From Octopus sinensis (Eukaryota), in NCBI RefSeq assembly GCF_006345805.1, contig NW_021836134.1, positions 248,001 to 312,000 on the forward strand: a stretch of DNA of 64,000 bases, given 5' to 3'. The notes below the pieces were generated by a model. The model had not been told where the DNA came from. It worked only from the letters and a program-made list of their open reading frames with translations, and made no database searches. Positions 42,400 to 54,049 of the stretch are shown here, in pieces. The position numbers and the translations under genes are program-made. Each line of letters begins with the position of its first letter. The stretch's first letter is position 1.

Positions 42400-42900
42400 A
42401 TTGGATTTGTAATAAATCGACTTTTTTAAAATAAATTATAATTTAATTTTCTTACATCATTCTTGGTAAAATTAGAACTAACAGACGCTTCAATACAGTA
42501 TTATTTTGTGTGATAATGTTTTGCCTGATCACAAAAATAAAATATTTAATTTTAAACTTTTAAATTTAATCATCAATATATGAACTTTATATATTGATAA
42601 CATTTCCATAGCTAGCATGCAGTGCTTTTTCGATTATTTTGAATTTTCTGGAAAAATTAGAAACTTGAACTTTATTCTAGTCTAATTTTCTTATAAAATG
42701 TTTGTTCATAGAAAGTTCAGGATTCTTGGACGAGAGATGACGTTTAAGTTTCGTTGGAGCCATTCCACTATTCACAAGTTATTCACCGCAAACAACACAA
42801 AGTGGCATAGACCAATCCAACTCTCCAGTTTATGAAAACCGAAGGTAATCTACCTTTAAGATATGCCTTGTCACAAGACTCCATTTAAGCACACCCAAAT
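42400..42900 (-). mobile_element. hAT/Buster N-terminal relic
   Basis: PLCVVCGE*LVNSGMAPTKLKRHL. Confidence 0.6.
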
Positions 42901-42950
42901 TATAATTCACGAGTTAATTTAAAAAAATAAAAAATTCGGTTTTATAAATA

Positions 42951-44866
42951 CAGTCTAACCCCGGGATGGGGCACCAAAGTGCCCCAAAAAGCGGGGGTGC
43001 CCTTCCAAACAGGGGTCTGGTTCAAACTATTGAATTATAGTTTATTTAACTCAAATTTTGGTTTACTTTGCGAACAAAGAACTCTTTCACATCTTCCAAA
43101 GTGTTTATATGCCGATAATACAATAAGTTGTGCTTTTTTGCTCTATAGTTTGATAGATTTCTATTCTGTTTTTTAATTTGATTTTGATTAAAATAAATCA
43201 TTATTTTTAAAACATTTTTTTGAAATAATCAGTCAATTTTAAATTTTTCTTATTTCTTGAATCTTTTCCAAGTTGAAATCTAAACTCGTAATATTTTTGG
43301 AGTGTCTCGAAAGATTATTTTGTGCTACATTTTCCAACTTATCCATCATTTCATACGTTTCTAATATCGTTGTTTTGTCCTCTATCCCAGTTCCATTATA
43401 AAATTCGCGACTTTTGACCAGATCTTCATTTTCTTCAGATATTACTTCGGTTATTATTTCTTCCAGGACTTCTTCCCCGCAATTTTTATCTTCAACTAAT
43501 TCTTCTCTATTTTTCTCAATTTTCTTCCAACAATTAATTTTTGTTGTTTCTTTAACTTCCATCCACGCTTTTCTAACAAGTACCATAATCTTTCGCATAT
43601 CTATATTTTTCAACGATTTAGGATTAATTGTTGTATCTTCTTTTAAATCGAACATAAAGTCCATTAAAAAGTTTGTGTAATATACTTTAAAACATTTTAT
43701 TATACCCATGTCTAGAGGTTGAATCACAGATGTTGTTTTTTTGGAAGAAAAAACAATTTAACATTTGAGTATTCCAATAAAGAATGGCATGTAGCATTAT
43801 CCATTATTAAAATTATTTTTCTATCTTGTGAGAGAAAGTCGTCGTTAATCTTTGATAGCCACATTTGGAAAATTTCTCTGTTCATCCAGGAATTTTTTGA
43901 CGCTGCATATAAAATACCGAATTTTTCACAATCAAAATCTATGTTCAAATATAATTAAGCCAACTTTTCATACAACGAGGTGATTTGTATTTTCCAATAA
44001 CAAGAGGTCTTAATTTTTTCCTGCTGCATTACAGCAAAGGAGGACTGTTACTCTTTCTTTACTGAATTTTGTACCATGACATGCTTCTATCGATTCGACA
44101 TAAGATCTTGAAGGAAATTTTTTAACATACAAAGATGTTTCATCGCAATTAAAAATATTTTCATGACCATAGGTTTTCAATAAATTATCAAATTGAAAGA
44201 AAAAATTTGGCAAATTACTTTTGTCTGCTGAATTTTTTTCACCAGAAATAGTTTTAAAAACCAGATCATGTCTCTTCTTAAATCTGTCTAGCCAACTGTT
44301 TGAGGCTTTAAAAGATGTTCGAGAATCCAATTTTGTCGATATTTTTTTCGCGATGGCTTTGATTAATGTACCCGAAATAGAAAAGGAATCTTCCCTCAAT
44401 CGACGAAAAGCATTAAAAGTTAATTCGTCAAGTTTTTCAAATTGATTTGTTTCATTAGAAGCTTGTTCAACTTCATCTATTTGAACTAATCTTGAAATGA
44501 CTAATCCGGTATTAATAAAAGAAGAAATGTTTTTTTTATTCGGGAAATAGTGCCTTTGCTTATCTTGAATTTTTTTGCAACTTCTGTTTCAGAAGAAGTT
44601 TGTAAACACTTTGCAATTTGAATTTTTTTTTCAATAGATATCTTGGAAGGCATTACACAAAGATAAGTATCAAATATTCAAAAATAATATTATTCAAAAA
44701 AATATTATGTAATAATATTAAAATAAATTAGTAAAGTGCCCCATAGTGGGGTTTTGATAATTTCCAAATTTGGAAATTATTGCTGAAAAATGTACTAAAA
44801 AATAAAATCGCCCCAAAAACCGAGGGTGCCCCAAGGCGGGGTTTTTGTTGGGGCGGAGTTCGACTG
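42951..44866 (-). mobile_element. pogo/Tigger element with both termini
   Basis: TA|CAGTCTAACCCCG...CGGAGTTCGACTG|TA. FKASNSWLDRFKKRH, NCDETSL, MDNATCH, IQPLDMGII. Confidence 0.9.
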
Positions 44867-45439
44867 TAGTAGAAAAATATAATGAAAAATTATTCACAAC
44901 TAAAGGAACAAACGTACTAAGAATAATTTTTATGCCCAATATTCTTATGCCCAACACAGCCGTCGGAGTTTTTTTACTTTTAGGTTTAAAGATAAAAGCA
45001 AAGAGTTGGAAATAAAGCATGAATTTTTTGTAGAGGCTTTAAAACATTAGATGACATTGATGGCGTTGTCTAATAGTAGAGTTTGAATAAATTAAGTCGT
45101 GTTCGAGGATTTTAGGCCGCATGACATTGAAAAACGATTTTCTCATGGCAAATGAGCATTGCGAATCATTGTGGATTTGGCAAAAAATTGATTTCCATCA
45201 TTGAATTAGTCCTTGACTTTTTCAAAAAATTTGAAAAGAGAATAGACATACTTTGAAGCTCAAAAATAAATTTTAGTTTGAATTACCGAAATACGTAATT
45301 TTTCTGAGAGCAGTGGACGGTTTGAGATACGTATAAAAACTCCTATTTCACAGTTAAGCCCGATGCACGAAATGTAACTTCGACTATCTTTGGTTCTGCT
45401 ATGGTAAATACTACTAAGATTTAGGATTGTATTTTTTTT

Positions 45440-46190
45440 AATTATTGATCGATCGTAAATTTCAAAATGTCAGAAAGTGAGCGGCCAAGGTCGATCTGCG
45501 AGCGCGAGGGGACAGGTGTTATAGCCCAGCCAAACGGATTGCTTGCACGTTGCCGCGCACGATTGCGAGCGAGATCCTCTACCTCAGCCAATAGGACTCG
45601 CGAGCATCCATTTTCTTCCAAGCAATGAGGATACCGAGGTCTTTTATGAAGCATGAAATGAGCGGACCGAAACCGCCTGATGTCTCAAAAGCCAGCGGCA
45701 CGAAGGAATGCCGAGTGGCAAGATTCTTGTACTTTTCGACTTTTCAGGCTTCCGCCAAAGCAGCGGCCGAACCGGATTGTATTTATATATTTTTTTAATC
45801 AATTACTGTTATAAAATTAAATTCTAATTCATCTACGTTAATTCTTTGATTGAGAGGACAGCGAATGGACAGGCAATTTCCGCGCAATATCGTGAGCGAA
45901 ATGCGCTGAAAAAGCCAGCTAGACTCACGTCTCTTGTGACTCTTCCTTGAGATCATCAAGCCGATCTCCGAAAGGAACTCCAGGGCTTTTGGGGCGATTA
46001 TCCCACTCGTCTTGAAAAGCAGGGGGACGAAAAGGCAGGTGTTCTCTAATGAGGCGTACTTTGTGATTTTTTTCGTTTCGGCATGTGCGGAGGCTGAGCC
46101 AGGGCGGGAGGCAGAGTCCATTAGAGATGACAAAAAAACAAGTCGACACAGGTGACGTTCCAAACGAGGCAGGTGTTATAGCCGACAAGA
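45440..46190 (-). mobile_element. Two CRE-like REL 3' fragments
   Basis: AETKKITKY..FVPL..SG..LFQRISLTILRGN (45795-46163), plus a second decayed copy at 45440-45780. Confidence 0.75.
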
Positions 46191-47671
46191 GAGGGGGTGT
46201 AGCCCTCTCCTGTCAATGACTTTTCCGCATATTTATATTTAAATAAAGTTTATTTTTTTATTAATTAGCGTTTAATTATCTTAATTTTTAATAGCTAACC
46301 TAATAAATTAAGCCACGTTGTTAACCTACATTGTTGTGGTGTTACTATTATTTAGTTTTTTTATATATTTGGATTCAGAGGAATATTTCGTGATGCAGTT
46401 TCTTTTAATAATTAAATTATCTGAAATTTCGTCATTTATTTCATATTTTTCGAGTTTATTCCTTCAATCTGTTTCTTTTATTTATTTTTATATTTCTGAA
46501 AGATATTATTTTTCCTGTCATCTTTATTTAATTCATTTTTACCGATTAATGAAATAAGCTGGAATGAAATTTATTCGGAAATTAGTTTTGGTTCCCAAAA
46601 GTTTTCTTTTAGAAAATATTTCAAAAAACTCAATCAATTTTTTACAGTGAAATTATTTTTCTAATTAAAGTAAAATTTCAATCAAGATCACCAGTTAAGG
46701 GAATTTGACATGTTAGAAGCAAAAAGTAGATATAAATCGCATAAAACTGGAAGCTCTTCTTTGCGATTCATAATTGCCAAGTTCTAAATTGAGAAGCTTT
46801 CTGGCCATCTCCTTTAATGTCTTCTTATTACTGCTATTTCGACATCATGTCAATGTGTCACAACAGTTAAAATAAGCAATTCTTCAAAACTGTCGTTTTA
46901 AGTTACAGTCACGTTGGATCACTAAATGAACAAAAAGTATGACAATAAAGGTCATATTTTATTTTAAATAACTCAAAAAATGATGAATTATATTAATTGT
47001 TTTGCTATCAATTCTGAGATCATGTATGAACATTTTAATGATTCCTTTGTGTTTACAAAAGTTTCATTGAACATTATTTGACTGGATCTACGATACATAG
47101 TAAAAACTAAATAATACTTTGTGACCGTCCATAGAATGGACACGCCATTGAGTGGACACTCACTTACCTCACAAAATTGCTTATTACTGCCATTTCGACA
47201 TCATTTCGATGTGTCACAACAGTTAAAATAGGCAATTTTCAAGTCCAGAGTAGCAAATTATTATTGCCTTGTCGCAAGATGTGAACATGTTGACATCTTG
47301 TTTGGGCCAGCCACATAAGATCAAGACAGAAAGAGAACATGTTACCAAGAAACTAACTAATCCAAATCAGGTCATGTGTCTCTGCTCTCTCTTGTTTTTT
47401 TATTTTATGGTCTGGCTGAAGAAGACATCCGGTTCCGCAGTGGGTCACTGATAAGCACGGACTTTCCCATTATGAATCCAAATGTTCTTTTGGCAAGTCT
47501 TCGAATAGGATATTTAAATCTGGCTCGACAATAAGACAGTGCACTATAATATATTTGAATAAACAGTGAGATACCTAGTGCAGATTTCCTTGGATATACT
47601 TCCACAAATTTCCAACAGACAGAAACGTACATCGATAATTTTTTACTTTCTTTACATACTATTCCTATGTT

Positions 47672-48374
47672 TCGAAAAAGAGTGGATGGTGTCCCGAGCG
47701 AAGTCATGCAAGCTGGACACGGAAGTACCTGTCGAGTGATTGCTCTGAAGGATGGACTGGTGGCGGAGGAGAATCAAGGAGTTTGTTATTTTTAAGCATC
47801 CTGATAGCACGAGTTGAGATGTAATCGTGAATTAATTTCTTCCCAGTTTTCCTATTGTTCGTTAAGAGTATTTTTGAGAGAGGTCTGCATTGATCGGCTA
47901 GAGTAGTGATAATATGTCTTTTGTTTTCTGAGATAGAGATTTTGTGGCATGGATGAGATATTTCTTGTATTTCGTAGAGGAATTGAAGTCCTCTCATCTC
48001 CAAATGGTCTTCGAATGGAAGGATACAAGATTCCCAATGAAGATGATCGATGGGAGTGGAGGCTAGTCAGCCAGTTATTGTGCGGAGGCCTGAGTTTGGA
48101 TTCTTTGTAGTTTTTGGAGATTTGATAGAGAAAGGTTCCATGACCAAGCCGGACTACCATAGTTCATTGATGATCTGACAAATTGTCTGTAGACCAGAGA
48201 CTCTTTTTCGAAACACTCCGCACCCTCGCCCCTGAAGACCTTTTTTCCTGTCCTGGACCGCCTCACCAGTCGCCACCTATTGGGATTCGGGATCTCTGGG
48301 AGCGCCCGATCGCCGCTGTCCGCAGTGATTGCAGCCGGCTTCCTACATGCTAGAGAAGCCGGGGTAACTAACTA
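47672..48374. mobile_element. Ingi/I-like LINE with 5' inversion
   Basis: Minus-strand segment LVYRQFVRSSMNYGSPAW..RVQLA*LRSGHH joined to a plus-strand 3' end LFSCP..DLWERP + (ACTA)n. 14-bp TSD with one mismatch at 47658-47671 and 48375-48388. Confidence 0.8.
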
Positions 48375-48409
48375 ACTATTGCTATGTTATTAATACCAAA
48401 GAAATGTTA

Positions 48410-49450
48410 AATTAGCTAAGGTCCCGTTTATGTCGCACGTTCAGAAATCTTGTTCACCAGGCGTCTCTATCGGGTCTGCTTTGAGCATATACACGTAGGT
48501 CTTCAAGGTCGTTAGCACATCCAAGTTTTCTTTCAATTCCGTTGAGATCCTTGTTTAGTGCAACAGGGAGAGTGACCCTGAGCCTTTCTCTGAACGGTGT
48601 TTTGTTGTTATTGTTAAAATAATCATATATTATCGTGTTTGGTAGTGTTTACGTCCATCCTAAGTACGTGTCGAAACAGCCTCCATTTTGATTCTATAAT
48701 ATCGATGCTTATTGGCACCGATCATGTCGTGGCGTATAATTTTCCGTTAGGAATCTTTTTTGGCTATTCTAGGCTCACTATAGATTGCATAGTTGTTTTC
48801 TGTGGAACGTGTCTATTTTATATAACTCTGGCTCTATGACACCCCGAGTACCCGAGTTGTACATGAGAACTGGTTTTATATATGCGTTGTACAGCTTTAG
48901 CTTGAGGTTTTTTTTGGAATTTTTGATGATTCCATATCTTTTGCATTTTCTTGTACATTGCAGAGGCTAAAACTCTCCGGTACATCACGTCCTCACTATC
49001 ACCAAGTAATGATCCCAATTTCCTTTTTTTCCTCAAACTTTCATCAATATATTTCGATTCTCTTGCGATTCTTACGTGTTCAGTCTTTTCTTGATTAACG
49101 TGGAAACACCATCTCTCAAATTCGTCCGGAATTTTCTCTAAAAAGATGCAAATTCCTGATAATTTTCTGACACAAAGTCTATGTCGTCTGCATATATAAT
49201 TTCCATCGGCCTTCGCACTTTGTTCTAAAATCTCTCAGTGCTGCCTCCAGGTATACTATGAATAGAACCGGAGATAGAGAGTCCCTCTGAGGTGTTCCAA
49301 TTGTTGTCCCAAAAGGATTTGATAACTCGTTTCCAACTCCTACAGTTAATTCGGTATTAGAAAGTAGGAAACGGACGAGCCTAGTACTATCTTCATCATG
49401 AAAACTTCCAATAACGTCTAACAACGATTTTCTATTGACAGTTTCTCCTT
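48410..49450 (-). mobile_element. RTE-like LINE fragment
   Basis: GTPQRDSLSPVLFIVYLE, YADD, NQEKTE, KLGSLLG, LFRHVLRM. Confidence 0.8.
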
Positions 49451-49520
49451 TGTAGATATAGGTAAGTTTAGACTTTCTTTTTTAAAATACTATTGCTATG
49501 TAGACTGACCAATTAAAATA

Positions 49521-51191
49521 CAGTAAAACCTCTCGAATCCGCCGATTTTGGGACCGACCAAAAAATCGGCGGATTCGAGAGGCAATTTAAATAATATTTT
49601 ATAGTTGAAACATGAACTTACAATATAGATTAAGTATTTCTTTTTATATACAGATGACTGAATACATAAAATTATTTATATTCAAAAAAATCAGAAATTT
49701 TATTTTTTTTAATTAATTTTCTTAACATTTCCCCAATTCGCATAATATTTTCATGATCATCTATATCTGCATTTACCTGAGAAGCATAAGTTTTAATAAT
49801 CTCTAGAGCTCTGAAAGCTTCTGAGAAAACAACTTTTTTCTCATTTGATTCCTCTTCAATAATTGTTTCCTAAGTATGATTATTAAATAAAATCACTAAC
49901 TGATTGAACTTTTTTTGACTGTAATGTACCAGCTTGTTCAGATTTGTCTAAAAATTCCATTAGCTCTTCATTTTCAGTATATCCGTAATCAACAAATTCA
50001 CTATAAGATATTGGATCGTCAATTTGAAATTTCTTAATTATTTCTTCATAATTATTTTCGTAGTTCTTAGATTCACTGTTGATTGTGATTGTTTCACATT
50101 TTATCCATTGTGCATGACGGAAACAATTTTTGATGGTCGTAGGAGTAACTTTATTCCAAGCGAAGAATGTGAATGTCGCAGCAGTTTTAAGGGTGATTCC
50201 ATTAATTGCATTCTGAAGAGCCACTTGTTAAAAATGTCACGGTTCATCCATGCCTTATTGGAATGGGTGTAGGTAACATATTTTCCAATGTTGAAATTTT
50301 TAAAACACCTTGGACTTTTGAATCTTCCTATCATTACAGGCCTTCTTTTATCGGAACCAAAACAATTTGCGCATAATAGTAAAGAAAATCGATCCTTCGA
50401 CAACTTTATTCCAGGCCGTGATTTAGTGCACACACTTTTAGAAGGAATCGGCTTGTAAAAAACACCAGTTTCATCTGCATTATAAACATTGTCCAATCCA
50501 TATTGTTCCATTTTTAAACTCATTGTTTCATTAAAATCAGTAATAGATTTTTCATCATGATTTACTGATCCACTGTCTCCGTGAAATTTTCTTAACTTGA
50601 TACCATTTCGTAATTTAAACTTTTCTAGCCACCCACGACTTGGTTTAAATTCTGTAAAATTTTTTCCAAATTTAAGAGCTTTTGTAATTAACATCGAATC
50701 TGATAGAATTGCTCCACTAGATTCATTAAGTTAATCCATGTTATCATCGCTACATCAATTTCATTAAATTTGAGTTTTGGAATTCTCGTTATGTTTAATT
50801 TTTTGATGTCAGTCCTATTCAAAAGGTCAGATTTTGATTTAAGGTCGTTTATAGTTCTCGGAGAAATTTTCTTTTTTAACCGTGAAGAAAAAATCCTGGA
50901 AATTTGAGGTGCAGAAACGAATGGGTTGTCAGAAATATAATTTAGTATAGAAATTTTTTCGTTGATAGAAAGTCTAACACAACGACGCATCACAAAAATA
51001 CAATTTAACGTGTAATGGGAATTTTAAAATGTTAATTAATTTAACTTACAATTAGATAAAAAATTATTTTTCATAATACTTGAGGAGCGGATTCGAGAAA
51101 CAAGCGGATTCAAGAATCATTCATAGGAAATTTCAAATTTTTGATTAAAACAAGCGGATTCGAGAAGCGGCGGATTCGAGAGATTTCACTG
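49521..51191 (-). mobile_element. pogo/Tigger element with both TIRs
   Basis: TA|CAGTAAAACCTCTCGAATCCGC and GCGGATTCGAGAGATTTCACTG|TA. SRGWLEKFKLR, NADETG, NKAWMN. Internal deletion in the DDE region. Confidence 0.92.
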
Positions 51192-51795
51192 TATTTAAAT
51201 TTTTTTTTTCAACATTATTTAATTTATGGGGAGAAAACCCTAAACAACTGCGATGACCTGGACGAACTCTGCAGGCAGGCCCAAAACCGAAGAAGGTGGA
51301 AAACGATGGTTAAGAAGGTCGTATGGTGTGTGCCACGTGTGGGAATATGACTTGTTCTGTTCAGTTTAATACAGGAAGTGGTATAATAATTTTTTTCACC
51401 ATTAACAATGACAGTTATTGAAAATCTGCAATAAATTTACAGAATTTGGAAAAATATTTCAGTGTCAAGAACAAGATTATAAAAAAGTCTTTCGAAACTC
51501 CCAAGTTTGCAAATTTTCGCGTTTTTAAAAATTCAGCATTTCTTTTAAATGTATATCGAGATATAAATCACCATATGTTTGCTTCTTGTTCAAATGAACA
51601 TTTTCAAATAAATATAATAGACCTGAAAAGATTTTCAACAAAAAACGAAAATTTCAAATGTACTTTAACGGGCAATAAAATTTATAGTAGGTTCGTTTCT
51701 TAAAAAAATTTTTATATTTGGATTTGCACAATCACTTTATAATAGGTCTAGTAATATAGGTGTGTAAAAACTAAAGATTTTTGTTTCGCCTAAAT

Positions 51796-52315
51796 CGAGG
51801 CTCACCAAACTACGTCCCGCGACAACATTTTATCCGGCCCGCGCACTATTTCGAGATAGAAGTTATTGACTAGTTATTGACTTACAATCAAAACAACAGC
51901 TCAAAGATTGTCACAGACGGACCAAACTCGGTGAGTTCTACGAATATCTTAGGGATGATGAGTTTCCGAGACTAAAAAATTTTGCTATGAAGATGATTTC
52001 TATATTTGGCATAACTTACCAATGTGAGCAAACGTTTTTGAGGATGAAATATGTTAAGTCTGCCCATCGTGCAAGATTTACTGACGGAAACTTAAAATCA
52101 ATTTTCATGATAGGATGCAGCAATTTAAGACCAAATATTGATGAAGTTATCAAAAAAAGATCACAGTTCCATAGCTCTCATTAATATTTTTGTTTACTTT
52201 ACTTTTGTTTAAATTAGTTTTTATTGTAAAAAACACACTTATGAATTTCTATAGTAAAATTATAATCATATGCATGTGCTCCGGCCTGCGAGTGCAAAAA
52301 GTTTGTTGACCCTTG
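51796..52315 (+). mobile_element. Non-autonomous hAT (Buster-like), 520 bp
   Basis: Perfect 8-bp TSD gcctaaat (51788-51795 and 52316-52323). Imperfect TIRs. Dimerization motif FGITYQCEQTF. Confidence 0.88.
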
Positions 52316-52599
52316 GCCTAAATGAATCATGCAAATTTCGTCAAAAATTCAAGAATTATTACAACTATGCGCTGATTTTAAAACCAAGCAAATACTTTTA
52401 TAATAAAATTAATTGAAAGCATGGCAAACGGAATACAGAAGCATTTAAAGGCAAAAAGGAATCAGAACAGGACAGAAATTTTTATTGTAAAAAACAAAAG
52501 CTGGGACAAAAATTTTTTCGACGCCGATACAACGAGACGACTGCTTGAGGCAGTCGAACTCTTCTGAGGAAACGTCTATTTGTTTTCTGGAGCAAGCTG

Positions 52600-53340
52600 C
52601 TCCCGATTAATAAATAGGTCGATTACTTGAAATCGTCTCCAGAAAGACCGGATAGAATTCTCAATGACCTGTCGTATCTCCGCGGACCTGGTCTCCGCCC
52701 AGCTTGAGACCGGGCCTCGCGGGTCAAGCCTGTAAGCTAGTTTCAGAGCGTAGCGCCCGATTTTTTAAAGCACTTCCTGTTAATTTTCTTGAGATCTTTC
52801 GAGTAGTACCATGCTTCCATCCCATACAGCAAGCTGGGTAGAATGGTTGGGTGAAACACGAAGAGGAAAGTCCTTGGGTCCAGATGCATGTTTCTTAAGA
52901 GGTGGAGAGCTGCGATGAGTTTCGCTCTTTTTTTTTCGACATGGAGACAATAACCAGAGTTAGCGTCAATTGTAAGCACCAGGTAGCGTATCCAGCTGGG
53001 GCGGTCAATTTCAGCTAGGGCTCTGATCTCGTGACTTTTTCGTGTTGATTTGCAGGTAAGCGGATTTGTCCATTGCTAGCGAGAGCCGCATGCTGGCGCA
53101 CCACTCCTTTATTACCTCAATGTAGATGGAAAGCCTTCTTTCTGACGTCTTTGCGTCCTTTGAGGTGTCAAGGAAGAGGACTTCATCTGAATATAAAAGC
53201 AGAGTTGTCAGGTGGTCTAGGGGGGCAAAGGGAAACTGCTCATTACCAAATTGAAGAGAAGTGGACTGAGGCAGGACCCTTGCGGCTCCCCCTGAAAAGT
53301 TTGATGTTTCTAGAGCGGTAGCCCGATTCGGAAACTAAAA
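52600..53340 (-). mobile_element. Decayed LINE RT fragment
   Basis: QGEPQGSCLSPLLF, IRYLVLTID, ILPSLLYGMEAW. Confidence 0.7.
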
Positions 53341-54049
53341 AGTGGCGGTTGTAGCCAAAAAAAGACTTCTTCTGGTGGTCTACAGAGTTGGATCAGAGTC
53401 GGGCCAGACATTATTTTTACATGTTTCAATTTTTTCTTAGATTTAAAATACGATTTAAAATCAATTTAAAGAACTAATTTTAATATGGGGAATCTTGACA
53501 AGCTAATCACAACGCTATTTCACACCACAAGCCCGAAAAAATGACTTTAGATAATTCTTCAGTACGTTTACAGAGATCCGTGTTAAGCAATGTTTGAGGT
53601 ACTGAAGAAGAGAAGACTATCTATTTCTGTGCATTCTGGGAGCTTTTCCCAACACCTATGAAAAGACAAATTTAAATTAATCTTTTGATCGTTTACTCAG
53701 TCTCTTCAGCTTTCGGAAAAACGTTTTTCTGCTATCAAAAGTTTGCCTTATCTAATAAGGTGTATATCCTGCTCTAAATATATTATTATTAACAAATGAA
53801 ATTTGGAATTCTAGTAATATAATATGAATTTTGATAATATCTTTTTTTCTTTTAGAGAGGCCAGAATGGATTTTTGTCTTCGGTTATCAATCTGCAAAAG
53901 CGATTTGTACTTTATCAGACTTTTTTGTAGAATGGATATTCTGTATCTATTATACACTTGTATAAGTTTTCCGAATCACGAGCAACTGGATATATGCCTT
54001 TGTTTCTATTTGTATTTTAAGAAATTAAAGGTGGTTCTGTAATACGTAG

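Noticed and set aside
52530-52562. Hammerhead ribozyme (GACTGC-TTGAG-GCAGTC-GAAC hairpin)
   Set aside because: The CUGANGA core is absent and GAAA is incomplete; at best a decayed remnant.
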